A stretch of DNA of 64,000 bases from Acidaminococcaceae bacterium. Lineage in GTDB: Bacteria > Bacillota > Negativicutes > Acidaminococcales > Acidaminococcaceae. Position 1 is the stretch's first letter. Each line of letters starts with the position of its first letter. Location of the stretch: contig JAFQZL010000039.1 of NCBI GenBank assembly GCA_017405945.1, positions 19,335 to 83,334 on the forward strand, in the 5' to 3' direction. The position numbers and the translations under genes are program-made. The notes below the pieces were generated by a model. The model saw only the letters and a program-made list of their open reading frames with translations, ran no database searches and was not told the origin of the DNA. This document shows positions 46,305-57,214 of the stretch, piece after piece.

Positions 46305-47009
46305 TTATAACTTCCCGCCAAGATTTTCCAGGGAATCGATTACGATCAGGCAGTTGGGCTGCACATGTTTCATCACGAAACGCATCTTATCCTTGGGAAC
46401 AGCGACGCAGCCGCCGGTAAACGGTTTATTGGGACCGAAGCAGTGCATGAAGAGCGCCGAGCCAAGACCGGGTGTATGCAGCCTGTTGTAGTTTATGTTC
46501 AGGCAGTACTGATAATGCTCCGTGTAATCTATGATATGCTCGCTGTCCTCTTTGTTCAGGTCCGGATACTTGCGGATATCCACCATGCGGTCATACTGCA
46601 TGCCGGGGCGCTGATCCCCCGACCAGTACATATTATTGTCGACTTTTGTGTAGGGTATGGCGCAGCCCGGATCCGACGCTATGCCAAAAGCCCTGTTAAG
46701 CCGGAAAGTTCCCACGGGAGACTTGGCGTCGCCTTCCTTTTCTTTTCCAAGGCCTGCTTTGCCTATAAAACCGGGCGTCGTCATAATCTGATGCCAGTTG
46801 CCCTTGTTATCTTTCCGGTGCATGGATACCCAGGCAGTAGTCTGCCCTACGCCGCCAACCACTATAAGCTGCTCCGTCTTTGCGGCGGCAGGCAGCGCCG
46901 AAACCCATGCGGGAGACAACGTTTCTTTGGCAGATCCGGCTTCTCCCGCAGCGGGCAGAAGCATCAGTACAGCCAGCGCCGCTACGCCAAATGCATGTAT
47001 CCGTTTCAT
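46305..47009 (-). CDS. L,D-transpeptidase (YkuD) family secreted protein
   Basis: EGDAKSPVG, GSALFMHC...TGGCV. Confidence 0.87.
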   Translation of the reverse strand: MKRIHAFGVAALAVLMLLPAAGEAGSAKETLSPAWVSALPAAAKTEQLIVVGGVGQTTAWVSMHRKDNKGNWHQIMTTPGFIGKAGLGKEKEGDAKSPVGTFRLNRAFGIASDPGCAIPYTKVDNNMYWSGDQRPGMQYDRMVDIRKYPDLNKEDSEHIIDYTEHYQYCLNINYNRLHTPGLGSALFMHCFGPNKPFTGGCVAVPKDKMRFVMKHVQPNCLIVIDSLENLGGKL

Positions 47010-47085
47010 GTTTCAGTTACCTCCTTCAATGAATTGCATTTCCTGTGTTTAATTTAATATTTTACTTGGTTTTCTGTTCGACATT

Positions 47086-47925
47086 TTATCTGGTTTTCAA
47101 TTCTGTTTTCTGTACGCTGTTCTGCTTTTTTTCCCATCCGAAGCGGACAGCCCCAAACTTGCAGGCCGCCTTGCAGTCGCCGCAGGAGATGCACTCACAG
47201 TCTCCCACTTTTCTGATATCCATTTTGCAGGTCCGCAGGCAGGCGTTGCAGTGCACGCACTTGCTTTCGTCCAGCTTGACGGAAAGCAGCGCGATCCTGT
47301 TAAACAGTCCGTAGAACGCGCCTAACGGACAGATGAAACGGCAGAAGGGCCGGAACAGGAACACAGATAATACAATCACCGCTGCCAGAATGGCGAAGCG
47401 GCAATTAAGAAACATATACGGACGGATACTTCCCCCTGAAGATAAGGTCATGAGGAAATTGGAAAAAGGCAGATTGGGGCACACCCAGTGGCAAAAGGCC
47501 ACAAAACGTTTTCCCGCAAGCTGGTACCCGATGGGAACCGCCACGACGAAAACCGCAAGGAATACATATTTAAGATAACTGAGCCGGCGCGTCCATTCAT
47601 TCTTTTTGATTTTCGGCGCCGGAATTTTGTCCAGCAGGTCCTGCACCAACCCGAAGGGACAGAGCCAGCCGCAGATGAACCGCCCGAAAGCCAGCGCCAG
47701 CAACAGCAGCCAGCATAAAACCCGCAGGGGCAGATGGGCCAGACCGTCCACAAACAGCCGCTGCATAAAATGCAGCGGGCAGCCTGCCACCGACGCCGGA
47801 CAGTAACGGCAGTTCAGCCCCGGCACGCAGAATTCACTGTTGATATACTTCGCAGGGATATCGCTGATTAAATTACAGTTGTATAAAATGGCGGAACAGA
47901 GTTGCAGAAGACGGCGGGTAACCAT
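47086..47925 (-). CDS. Membrane 4Fe-4S binding protein (NapH/MauN-like)
   Basis: CGWLCPFG, CHWVCP, CRFICPLG, CVHCNACLRTC, CISCGDCKAAC. Confidence 0.88.
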   Translation of the reverse strand: MVTRRLLQLCSAILYNCNLISDIPAKYINSEFCVPGLNCRYCPASVAGCPLHFMQRLFVDGLAHLPLRVLCWLLLLALAFGRFICGWLCPFGLVQDLLDKIPAPKIKKNEWTRRLSYLKYVFLAVFVVAVPIGYQLAGKRFVAFCHWVCPNLPFSNFLMTLSSGGSIRPYMFLNCRFAILAAVIVLSVFLFRPFCRFICPLGAFYGLFNRIALLSVKLDESKCVHCNACLRTCKMDIRKVGDCECISCGDCKAACKFGAVRFGWEKKQNSVQKTELKTR

Positions 47926-47960
47926 GATAATCTGTTTCTCCTTTACAGTTTTGTAGTTTA

Positions 47961-47991
47961 ATCATATACGATAAAGCCCGCTCTAAGTCAA
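47961..47991 (-). promoter_or_regulatory. MerR-type promoter TTGACT-N19-TATGAT with operator TTAGAGCGGGCTTTAT
   Basis: Same architecture as 6245-6275 and 36533-36563. Confidence 0.7.
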
Positions 47992-48007
47992 GTGGGATTC
48001 CTCCACA

Positions 48008-48664
48008 TTATTCACCGAATCCGAAGAACTCTTTCAGGCCTTTCTTCTCCAGCAATATTTCAGCAGTAAATCCATAATGAGACGCCGCCGCAAGAGTCAC
48101 TACTTTCTCCAGAAAATCTTCGTAGGGCAAATCAAACCATTCCTCCGGTATCTCGCGGTGGATGGTGCCGCCGTCATTGTGGCCGCCGCCCCACCACCAG
48201 GCTTCGTCCAGTTCCGCTTCATAGGTTCCGTCATCCATCTTGTTGAAAGCGTACCAGGAAGCCCATTCGCGCATTCCTTCCGGGGTTTTCGGCCCTTCAT
48301 AATGCGGCGCATCGTGTGAAAGCGGCGAATACTCCGGCGTCCCTTTCCTGGCACCGCGCCGGTAGACTGTAAACCGTTCCCCTGTATCCATGGGGTAACG
48401 TTCCAGCAGCAGGGGTCCCTTCTGATACAGGATTCGCCTTCTTCCCGGAACCCGGTTTGTGTCATTGATCAAATCGGTGAACACCTTCAGGGGTTTTGTT
48501 TCCTGCAATTCCTTTTCGAGCCCCAGTCCCTTCAACTTGTCTTCCATATCCCAGGGACAGCCCCATTCTGTGTAATACGTTGCCTTATGGTTGCTGTAGA
48601 TATAGTAGTAACCGATCACCTTATCATTATAAAACACCTTGTACTTGTCCAGAATAGAACTCAT
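48008..48664 (-). CDS. Hypothetical protein
   Basis: 218 aa, GGGAGG RBS, 42 bp downstream of the uvrA-like gene; no family confidently recognised. Confidence 0.75.
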   Translation of the reverse strand: MSSILDKYKVFYNDKVIGYYYIYSNHKATYYTEWGCPWDMEDKLKGLGLEKELQETKPLKVFTDLINDTNRVPGRRRILYQKGPLLLERYPMDTGERFTVYRRGARKGTPEYSPLSHDAPHYEGPKTPEGMREWASWYAFNKMDDGTYEAELDEAWWWGGGHNDGGTIHREIPEEWFDLPYEDFLEKVVTLAAASHYGFTAEILLEKKGLKEFFGFGE

Positions 48665-48706
48665 GGCCTTCCCTCCTGTTCTCCCTGACTTTCTTATCAG
48701 CTCTTT

Positions 48707-51205
48707 TTACAGATACCGGCCGGTAACGCTTTCTTTGGACTGCCGGATCTGCTCCGGCGTTCCGCAGGCCACGATACGCCCGCCCTGCTCGCCGCCGCCC
48801 GGTCCCATGTCGATGACATAGTCCGCGTTGGCAATCACATCCAGATCGTGTTCAATCACAAGGACGGTAGCGCCTGCTTCCACCAGACGGTCAAACACGC
48901 CCAGCAGTACCTTAACATCCAGCGGGTGAAGGCCGATTGTCGGCTCATCAAATACGAACACGGAATCTTCCTGGGTCCGTCCCATCTCGCTGGCCAGTTT
49001 CAGCCGCTGGGCCTCACCGCCGGAAAGTGCGGGAGTGTCTTCGCCGAGGGTAAGATAGCCCAGGCCGAGATCGTGCAGCACTTTCAGCTTTTCGTATATT
49101 TTCTTCCTGTCCTTAAACAGTTCCAGTGTGTCGTCCACAGTCATCGCCATCAGTGCGGGCAGGGAAAACGTTTCTTCGGTTCCCTCCGGCTTCCAGAGGA
49201 TTTTCTCCGCATCCCCGCTGTAGCGCTTTCCGCCGCACTCCGGGCAGGTTATGGTAACATCCGGCAAAAACTGCACGTCAAGAGAAATCTGTCCGGTTCC
49301 GTCGCAGACCGGACAACGCAGGGAACCGGTGTTGTAGGAGAAATCGCCGGCTTTCAGTTTTCTGTCCTTCGCGGTTTCTGTCCCGGCATATAGTTTACGC
49401 AGTTCATCCAGGATACCGCTGTAGGTTGCAACCGTGGACCGGATATTGATGCCGATGGGCGATGCGTCAATCAGGTTGGCGCGGCGGATGCCCTCCGCCT
49501 CAACAGTTTTCACCGGAAAAGGCAGTTTCTCCCCTGCGCAGTGTGCCGCCAGCCCGGGAATCAGGCTCTCCAGCACCAGCGTCGTTTTCCCGGAACCGGA
49601 CACGCCCGTCACCGCCGTCAGCCTGCCTTTGGGGATTGCAACATTCAGCGCGTGCACGGTGTGGATCGGGCAAGTCTCCATGCGGATCGTTCCCAGGCGG
49701 AACACGTCCGCCGCTTTGACGTGTCTGCGTATCTTCATATGCCCGGTATCTGCCAGAAAAGGCGCAATTTTGGATGCGCCGGTTTCCAGAATCTCTTCAA
49801 TGCTGCCCTGAGCCAGAACGGTTCCGCCCTGGGTACCTGCCAGCGGCCCCAGCTCGATCATATGGTCTGCCTGTTTCAGCACCCGGACATCGTGGTCCAC
49901 CAGCACCACGGAGTTGCCGTCGGCAATCAGGCTGTCCACCACGTTCATCAGGCCGTCAATGTTAGACGGATGAAGCCCGATGCTGGGCTCGTCCAGTACA
50001 TATAAAACGCCCGTCGTTTCGTTGCGGACGGCGCGGGCCAGCTGCACCCGCTGCCGTTCACCGGTAGAGAGGGTATTGCTGGCCCGGTCAAGGGTCAGAT
50101 ACCCGAGGCCGAGGTCAATTAACCGTTTTGCATTGTCCAAAAACGACTGGATGATACTCTCCGCCATAGGGCGCATCTCTTCCGGCAGCGTTTCCGGTAC
50201 AGACTGCACCCACGGAATCAGATCCGCCAGCGTCATAGCTGTCGCTTCCGCCAGATTCTTTCCCGCCAGCGTTGTGGATCTCACTTTCGCTGAGAGCCTG
50301 GTGCCGCCGCAATCAGGACAAACGGACTCGTGCAGGAATTTTTCCACCCGTTTCATTCCTTTTTCGTCTTTGACTTTGGCCAGCGCATTCTCCACTGTAT
50401 AGACAGCATTATAATAAGTAAAATCCATTTCCCCCGCCATGTTCGTCTTCTCGTTCATATAGAGAAGATGGTGTTTTTTAGCCGGGCCGTGGAACACGAT
50501 TTCCTTTTCTTCCGGCGTCAGGTCGCGGAATGGGACATCGGTGCGCACGCCCAGGTCACGGGCAATATCCTTCATCAGGGACCACATCAGGGTCTGCCAG
50601 GGCGCCACAGCTCCTTCGTCGATGGTCAGGGAGTCGTCAGGCACCAGCGCATCCTCGTTCACGGTGCGGATCACACCCGTTCCCGAGCAGGAGGGGCAGG
50701 CCCCTTCCGAATTAAAGGCCATCGCTTCCGCGCCGGGACCGTAAAACTCTTCACCGCAGACGGGACATTTTGTCGGCAGCATCAGTGCCACGTTCATGTC
50801 CGGCGGGCAGGGATGCCCGTTGGGGCAGCAATGACTGCCCAGCCGGGAGAACAGCAGGCGCAGGCTGTTCAGCAGTTCCGATGCGGTTCCGAAAGTACTG
50901 CGGATGCCGGGAATGCCCGGACGCTGGTGCAGGGCCAGCGCAGCCGGAACATGTTTGATTTCGTCTACCTCAGCCCGGCCTGCCTGGGTAATGCGGCGCC
51001 GGGTGTAGGTGGAAAGGGCTTCCAGATACCGCCGCGACCCTTCCGCATACAACGTGCCCAGCGCCAGTGAGGATTTTCCGGATCCGGAAACGCCCGCTAT
51101 GGCCACCAGCTTGCCGAGAGGAATGTCCACGTCAATGTTTTTCAGATTATGTACCTTTGCCCCGCGGACGATGATGTGCTGCGGGGCCGTTCTTTTATTA
51201 TTCAT
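48707..51205 (-). CDS. uvrA: UvrA-like ABC ATPase (class II, short form)
   Basis: Two Walker A motifs ([16 protein letters not shown]), LSTGE/LSGGE signatures, Cys zinc fingers; 832 aa. Confidence 0.9.
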   Translation of the reverse strand: MNNKRTAPQHIIVRGAKVHNLKNIDVDIPLGKLVAIAGVSGSGKSSLALGTLYAEGSRRYLEALSTYTRRRITQAGRAEVDEIKHVPAALALHQRPGIPGIRSTFGTASELLNSLRLLFSRLGSHCCPNGHPCPPDMNVALMLPTKCPVCGEEFYGPGAEAMAFNSEGACPSCSGTGVIRTVNEDALVPDDSLTIDEGAVAPWQTLMWSLMKDIARDLGVRTDVPFRDLTPEEKEIVFHGPAKKHHLLYMNEKTNMAGEMDFTYYNAVYTVENALAKVKDEKGMKRVEKFLHESVCPDCGGTRLSAKVRSTTLAGKNLAEATAMTLADLIPWVQSVPETLPEEMRPMAESIIQSFLDNAKRLIDLGLGYLTLDRASNTLSTGERQRVQLARAVRNETTGVLYVLDEPSIGLHPSNIDGLMNVVDSLIADGNSVVLVDHDVRVLKQADHMIELGPLAGTQGGTVLAQGSIEEILETGASKIAPFLADTGHMKIRRHVKAADVFRLGTIRMETCPIHTVHALNVAIPKGRLTAVTGVSGSGKTTLVLESLIPGLAAHCAGEKLPFPVKTVEAEGIRRANLIDASPIGINIRSTVATYSGILDELRKLYAGTETAKDRKLKAGDFSYNTGSLRCPVCDGTGQISLDVQFLPDVTITCPECGGKRYSGDAEKILWKPEGTEETFSLPALMAMTVDDTLELFKDRKKIYEKLKVLHDLGLGYLTLGEDTPALSGGEAQRLKLASEMGRTQEDSVFVFDEPTIGLHPLDVKVLLGVFDRLVEAGATVLVIEHDLDVIANADYVIDMGPGGGEQGGRIVACGTPEQIRQSKESVTGRYL

Positions 51206-51322
51206 GCTTCTTTTCTCTTCACCTGATCTGCCGCTTAAACGCTTATTGCGTTAATAAATTCCGCATGGCCGGCATAATCATTATCCGGAATTTCAAAAAC
51301 CATTTATTACAGTCAACTATCT

Positions 51323-52267
51323 TCATTCTTGTTTCTGAACGGGCTCCTGCCTGCCGGAAAGATAATTCGCTGCCAGAGAGCCGGAAATGTTGTGCCAGAC
51401 GCTGAATATTGCGCCGGGAATTGCGGCGGCTGCACCGAAATGCAGCAATGACAGAGACGCGGCAAGCCCGGAGTTTTGCATGCCTACTTCTATAGCGACT
51501 GCTTTCGCCTTGGCCATATCCATATGTAATGCTTTGGAAAGGGCAAAACCGATAGCGTAGCCCAGTAAATTGTGGCAAATCACCACTAACGCGACCAGTA
51601 TCCCCGTTTCCCTGATCCGTCCGGCGCTTGCGGCAACCACTCCGCCCACAATGAGGATAATAGCCATAATAGACACCAGCGGCAGCACCTTCACAACACG
51701 CCGGACAAAACCTTCAAAAAAAGCGTTCATCGCAAAGCCGGCAGCAATCGGCAATATCACTACCTTAAGGATCGATAGCATCATGGCAGTGAAAGAAACC
51801 TCAATCCACGCTCCCGCCAGCTGCCAAGTGAGAAACGGTGTTACAATAGGCGCCAGAAGAGTAGTCGTCATGGTCATGGACACAGAAAGGGCCACGTCAC
51901 CCCGGGCCAGATAGGTCATCACATTGGATGATGTCCCACCGGGGCAGGTTCCCACAAGGATAACTCCCACAGCAAGATCCGGCGGCAGGCCAAAGCCTTT
52001 TGCCAGCAGCCATGCCAGCAGGGGCATGACGGTAAACTGTGCCAGCACACCGATGCATACATCTCCCGGATGTTCCAGGATGCGCCGGAAATCTTTCACA
52101 TGGAGAGTCATACCCATACCGAACATGACAATCCCCAGCAACAACGTAACATACGAAGCGATTCCGGCAAATGTTTCAGGCGAAACCATGGCTGCCCCGG
52201 CCATCAAAATAACCAATAATGCCATATGCTTTGATATTGAATTTCCGATTATTGCTAAAATTTTCAT
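51323..52267 (-). CDS. Bile acid:sodium symporter family (PanS-like)
   Basis: MFGMG, GTCPGGTSSN, EVGMQNSG. Confidence 0.92.
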   Translation of the reverse strand: MKILAIIGNSISKHMALLVILMAGAAMVSPETFAGIASYVTLLLGIVMFGMGMTLHVKDFRRILEHPGDVCIGVLAQFTVMPLLAWLLAKGFGLPPDLAVGVILVGTCPGGTSSNVMTYLARGDVALSVSMTMTTTLLAPIVTPFLTWQLAGAWIEVSFTAMMLSILKVVILPIAAGFAMNAFFEGFVRRVVKVLPLVSIMAIILIVGGVVAASAGRIRETGILVALVVICHNLLGYAIGFALSKALHMDMAKAKAVAIEVGMQNSGLAASLSLLHFGAAAAIPGAIFSVWHNISGSLAANYLSGRQEPVQKQE

Positions 52268-52396
52268 ATCAGTATTTCCCGGATCGCTTCTTTCCCCCAG
52301 GCTTTACGGTTTTAAGAAAGGCGCTCATTCTTTTATCGATAAATTACTATTATTTGTTTATCATATACCATTTTGCCGAATAAAAAAAGTTTTTCG

Positions 52397-53311
52397 TCAC
52401 GCTTTCCCAATTCTGCCATTGGTCGTTTCCTGCATCTTTACGAACTCCTGCCGGGCAATGGACAGGAAACGTTCCGCAATAGGCGTGAACACCTGATATC
52501 TTCGCCAGATCAGATACATGGGCGTTTCCAGGACCGGTGAAAGCGGCCGCGCGATCAGGCCTCTGCCGGGAGAGGTATCGATCAGTTTATCGAAGGTCAG
52601 CAGATAACCCAGCCCTTCCCTGGCAAAAACAGAGCCGTTGTAGGCAAGCCGGAAAGAACCTTCAAACTGCAACTCTTTCACCCGTTCCCCGCACCAGCGG
52701 GGCAGGTCGTTCCGGACGGACTGTTCCGAACAATACAGCGGCAGCCCCAACAAATCTTCAAATACAATTTTATCTTTCTTCGCCAGTGCGCAGTGTTCCG
52801 GCATCACAAGCATCCACCTGTCAGCCTCCGGAAAGGCAAGGGCATGATATTTTTCCCGGTTGGGTTCTTCCACGACGATGCCGAAATCCAGAAGTCCCTT
52901 GTCCAGTTTTTCCGTAACCTGTTCCGTGTCGCCGCTTGTAATATGGTAATGCAGTCCCGGGTATTGCTCCCGGCAAAGCCGGATCATACGGGCAAGGTAA
53001 CAGATCTGGAATGATTCGGCACATCCGAAATAAATGTCGCCGCCCAGAATATCATCCATGGATTTAAACTCTTCCGTAATTTTATCCGCCATGGAAAGCA
53101 GGTCTTCTGCATGCTTGCGCAGCAGCATCCCCTCCTCTGTCAGTTCGATGGAAAAGCTGTGGCGGATGAACAGCTTCTTCCCCAGTTCTTCTTCCAGCCC
53201 CTTTAACTGCTTGGACAAGGTAGACTGGGAAACAGCCAAACGCTCGGAAGCCCGGGTCATATTCCCTTCCCGGGCCGTCTCCAGAAAATAACGAAGTGTA
53301 CGAATTTCCAT
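52397..53311 (-). CDS. LysR family regulator
   Basis: MEIRTLRYFLETAREGNMTRASERLAVSQSTLSKQ. Confidence 0.94.
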   Translation of the reverse strand: MEIRTLRYFLETAREGNMTRASERLAVSQSTLSKQLKGLEEELGKKLFIRHSFSIELTEEGMLLRKHAEDLLSMADKITEEFKSMDDILGGDIYFGCAESFQICYLARMIRLCREQYPGLHYHITSGDTEQVTEKLDKGLLDFGIVVEEPNREKYHALAFPEADRWMLVMPEHCALAKKDKIVFEDLLGLPLYCSEQSVRNDLPRWCGERVKELQFEGSFRLAYNGSVFAREGLGYLLTFDKLIDTSPGRGLIARPLSPVLETPMYLIWRRYQVFTPIAERFLSIARQEFVKMQETTNGRIGKA

Positions 53312-53508
53312 AACCGGATCCTCCCTTACTTTATTATACACTGAAATGGAAAAAAATCATATCATGTTTTGAAATATAACCATTAGCGAATTCAACACAA
53401 ACATGATATGATACCCGCAGAGATCAAATATAACCGACAAAGTACCCGCTTTCAGATTCGATGTACAAGGAAATACTGATTCAAACAGGAATAAGGAAGG
53501 AGACGGAG

Positions 53509-54603
53509 ATGAAGTTAAACAAAAAACTGCTGGCAGCCGTATTAATCGGACTCATGACCATGACCGGAAGCGCGCTGGCCGCTGAAAACGTTACCGCAAA
53601 AGACGCAGGAATCACGAAAGGAACCGCTATGCAGACAGAACAGAAACTTCAGTTAGAAGAAAAATGGGACAAGGTTTTCCCAAAAAGCAAAAAGGTCGAA
53701 CACAAGAAAGTTACATTCCATAACCGTTACGGAATCACTCTGGCAGCGGATATGTACGTTCCGAAAAACAGCAGCGGCAAAAAATTCCCGGCGCTGGCCG
53801 TGGCGGGACCTTTCGGCGCAGTTAAGGAACAGTGCAGCGGTCTGTACGCCCAGACTATGGCGGAGCGCGGGTTCCTCACCATCGCCTTCGACCCGTCCTT
53901 CACCGGCGAAAGCGGCGGCAATGTGCGGTATGTAGCGTCCCCGGACATTAATACGGAAGATTTTTCAGCCGCGGTTGATTACCTGTCCACATTGGATAAC
54001 GTTGATCCCGGACACATAGGCATCATCGGCATCTGCGGCTGGGGCGGCCTGGCCATGAATGCGGCGGCCATGGACACCCGTATCAAAGCCACGGTTATTT
54101 CAACTATGTACGATATGAGCCGTGTCACTGCAAACGGTTACTTTGACGCCATGGATGAAGGCGCCCGCTACAAAGCAAGAGAAGCCATGAACGCGCAACG
54201 CACGGAAGATTACAAAAACGGTAGTTATAAACTGGCAGGCGGTCTGCCTGACGAACGCCCGGCAGAACCGAAGTTCTTCAGTGATTACTGGGATTATTAC
54301 AAAACGCCCCGGGGCTATCACAAACGTTCGCTGAACTCCAACGGCGGCTGGAACGTAACCAGCGCCTTGTCCTTCATGAACATGCCCCAGCTGAGTTACG
54401 CCGGTGAAATCCGCAATGCGGTTCTGGTAATTCACGGAGAAAAGGCCCATTCTCGGTACTTTGGTGAAGACGCCTTCAAAAAATTGAAAGGCGGCAATAA
54501 GGAGCTTATGATTATTCCAGGCGCCTCCCATACCGACCTGTACGATCAGGTAAACATCATCCCCTTCGATAAGATTGAAAGTTTCTTCCACAAATATCTG
54601 TAA
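53509..54603 (+). CDS. Secreted alpha/beta hydrolase (YcjY-like, Cys nucleophile)
   Basis: Signal peptide; GPFGAVKEQ, FDPSFTGES, GICGWGG, HTDLYD. Confidence 0.9.
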   Translation: MKLNKKLLAAVLIGLMTMTGSALAAENVTAKDAGITKGTAMQTEQKLQLEEKWDKVFPKSKKVEHKKVTFHNRYGITLAADMYVPKNSSGKKFPALAVAGPFGAVKEQCSGLYAQTMAERGFLTIAFDPSFTGESGGNVRYVASPDINTEDFSAAVDYLSTLDNVDPGHIGIIGICGWGGLAMNAAAMDTRIKATVISTMYDMSRVTANGYFDAMDEGARYKAREAMNAQRTEDYKNGSYKLAGGLPDERPAEPKFFSDYWDYYKTPRGYHKRSLNSNGGWNVTSALSFMNMPQLSYAGEIRNAVLVIHGEKAHSRYFGEDAFKKLKGGNKELMIIPGASHTDLYDQVNIIPFDKIESFFHKYL

Positions 54604-54715
54604 TAAACCAAACAGGCCGGAATAAAAAAGCGGCAATAAAAACAGGACGCGTTTCAACTCAAACAAGTTGAAGCCGTCCTGTTTGTTTATGCGTTCCGGG
54701 AGAAACGGTTTTCTG

Positions 54716-55477
54716 TTACTTGCTTTCTTTCCCAAACCATTTTTCGTAAATCTTGTCGTACTCCCCGCTGTTCTTCAGTTCAGCGAGAGCTTTGTTGACT
54801 TTCGGTGTCAGTTCCCCGTGCCGGCGCATCACGATGCCATACGCTTCTTTTTCAAAGGCAGCGCCCGCAATCACTGCATCCGGATGATGCTTGTTAATGA
54901 AATATTGGGCAACGGGTTTGTCAATGATGATGGCTTCTGCCGTTTTTTCCTTCAGCGCGTTGAACACCTCTTCATTGGTCTTAAACCCCAGAACCTTTTC
55001 TCCGGCCAGCTGTTTCGCCTTCGCCTCGCCGGTAGTCCCGATCTGTACCGCCACAGCCTTCCCTTTCAGGTCTTCCGGTTTCTGAACAGCCGTGTTTCCT
55101 TTACCAACTACAATAACTAGTCCCGAAGTGTAATATGGATCGCTCATATCTACGATTTTTTGCCGGTCCTTCGTAATCGTCATACCGGCAATGACCAGGT
55201 TCAGGTTCCCCCGTTTGACAGCGGGGATCAGCGCCTCAAAGTCCATATCCAGAATCTCAACTTGCATGTCCAGTTTTTTCCCGATCGCGCGGATCAGATC
55301 CATATCAAAACCGGTAATCTCCTTACTGCCCTGCTCCCTGAACTCAAAAGGCGGGAATGTAACTTCCGTCCCGACTTTCAACACCTTCGGGCCTTCTGCT
55401 TTTTTTTCAATGCTGCAACCGGCAGTAACGCAAAGTGCTATCAGGATGCTGACAAGGCATAGTAAATATTTTTTCAT
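54716..55477 (-). CDS. Basic amino acid ABC transporter substrate-binding lipoprotein (orphan)
   Basis: TAGC lipobox, FPPFEF, GFDMDL, MTITKDRQK, AVQIGTTG. Confidence 0.9.
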   Translation of the reverse strand: MKKYLLCLVSILIALCVTAGCSIEKKAEGPKVLKVGTEVTFPPFEFREQGSKEITGFDMDLIRAIGKKLDMQVEILDMDFEALIPAVKRGNLNLVIAGMTITKDRQKIVDMSDPYYTSGLVIVVGKGNTAVQKPEDLKGKAVAVQIGTTGEAKAKQLAGEKVLGFKTNEEVFNALKEKTAEAIIIDKPVAQYFINKHHPDAVIAGAAFEKEAYGIVMRRHGELTPKVNKALAELKNSGEYDKIYEKWFGKESK

Positions 55478-55822
55478 TTTCCCTGTATATGATCCAGCCC
55501 CATGAAACAGTGACAGGATCTTCCTTTCTCCGGATTTGTCCGGGTATTTTACAGCCATAAACAACAGTGGCCTGACGGGTTTCGGCCGTTTTTCCGTTTC
55601 GCTTTCCACAAGTAAAATTTATCACAGTTTTGGCAGAAACACAATGAAGAAGTTTTTATTTTATCATTTTGTTATTTTAACTTTTTCGATTTAGTGTTAT
55701 AGTTATCGTAAACAAACCGCATCGCATTTCCAAAAAGCGTAAAGCCTGACAAAGGACAATTTAGCGGAACTGACCAATCAACCCGGATAACCGGGGGAAA
55801 GGAAAATCCGGTCTCACTGACC

Positions 55823-57214
55823 GTGAACCGGATTATAAACAAGTTTATGAAAACAAGAAACGGGAAACTTATGGCAGGGTTCCTGATCCCCTCACTGCTC
55901 GGCATCCTTTTATTTATGGTGCCCATCAAATACAATGACAACTGGACTATCGTGGTAAAAATTATGGCCGATATAATCGGCACGGCATTGGGCGATTACC
56001 TTCCTCTGCTGTGCGTTGCCATCGTAACCATTTCAGCCATTTTGGGGGTAATCTCCCTGAAACGTCCCAGTTTCATCACAACCTACCCAGTCGTGGACAA
56101 GACCTTTTCCGCCACGCCCGTCTGGGCCCTGATCCGGGTCATCGGCGCCATTTTTATCTGGCTGACGTATCTGAAGATTGACGCCGGCGAAAACAATACC
56201 GGCATTATCCATATGATTACCATGGCAGATGCCGGTGGCTTCGTCCTCACCGAACTGTTATCCGTCCTTGTCATCATCTTCCTGCTGGCCGGACTGTTGC
56301 TTCCGTTCCTTCTGGATTTCGGCCTGCTGGAATTTATCGGAGCCCTGCTGACAAAAGTCATGCGCCCCCTTTTCACCATTCCGGGCCGTGCGGCGGTAGA
56401 CTGCATCACCTCCTGGATTGGTGACGGCACTCTGGGCGTCATGCTCACCGCAAACCAGTACGAAGACGGTTACTATTCCGAGCGGGAAGCAGCCATTGTG
56501 GCCACTACCTTTTCCGCCGTTTCCATCACCTTCAGCATTGTGGTACTGGCCCAGGTCAAGCTGATGGATTATTTCGGGATTTATTACCTCGTGGTCTGCG
56601 TCATCGGAATCGTCTGCGCCCTGGTATTGCCCCGCATCCCTCCCCTGTCTTTGAAAAAGGATACGTTCCTTGTGCCCGGCAAAGCCATGGGGGAAGAGCT
56701 TCCCGAAGGCTATACCTCTTCCTGGGATTACGGCCTGGACCTGGCCTGCAAACGTGTCGCGGAGTATAAAGGAATTGAGCAGTTCCTGGAAAGCAGCCTG
56801 AAAAATGCCGCTGGCATGTGGTTCGGCGTGCTGCCTGTCGTCATGTGCATCGGAACTCTGGCGCTGGTACTGGCGCTGAATACCACCGTATTTGAAACCC
56901 TGGGGCTTCCCTTCATGCCCCTTCTCAACCTGCTTGACATTCCGGAAGCCGCAGCGGCCTCCAAAACAATGGTGGTCGGATTCACCGACATGTTTACCCC
57001 GTCCATCCTGGCGGCGAGCACCATCACCAGCAACATGACACGCTTTATCGTTGCGGTGGTTTCCGTAACCCAATTGATTTACCTTTCCGAAGTAGGCGGC
57101 CTGATCCTGGGTTCCAAAATCCCGGTAAACCTGCCGGAGCTTTTCGTCCTGTTTTTAGAACGGACTGTGATCAGCCTTGTCATCGCTTCCGCTTTTGCGC
57201 ATATGATCTTTTAG
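55823..57214 (+). CDS. YjiH family membrane transporter (GATE domain)
   Basis: GLLEFIG, RPLFTIPGRAAVD, SWIGDG, FSAVSITF, IYLSEVG; start may be ATG 55847. Confidence 0.85.
   Translation: MNRIINKFMKTRNGKLMAGFLIPSLLGILLFMVPIKYNDNWTIVVKIMADIIGTALGDYLPLLCVAIVTISAILGVISLKRPSFITTYPVVDKTFSATPVWALIRVIGAIFIWLTYLKIDAGENNTGIIHMITMADAGGFVLTELLSVLVIIFLLAGLLLPFLLDFGLLEFIGALLTKVMRPLFTIPGRAAVDCITSWIGDGTLGVMLTANQYEDGYYSEREAAIVATTFSAVSITFSIVVLAQVKLMDYFGIYYLVVCVIGIVCALVLPRIPPLSLKKDTFLVPGKAMGEELPEGYTSSWDYGLDLACKRVAEYKGIEQFLESSLKNAAGMWFGVLPVVMCIGTLALVLALNTTVFETLGLPFMPLLNLLDIPEAAAASKTMVVGFTDMFTPSILAASTITSNMTRFIVAVVSVTQLIYLSEVGGLILGSKIPVNLPELFVLFLERTVISLVIASAFAHMIF

Noticed and set aside
55690-55822. Riboswitch or T-box in the YjiH transporter leader
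   Set aside because: Small hairpins are present, but no T-box GGUGGNACCGCG or known aptamer consensus was recognised
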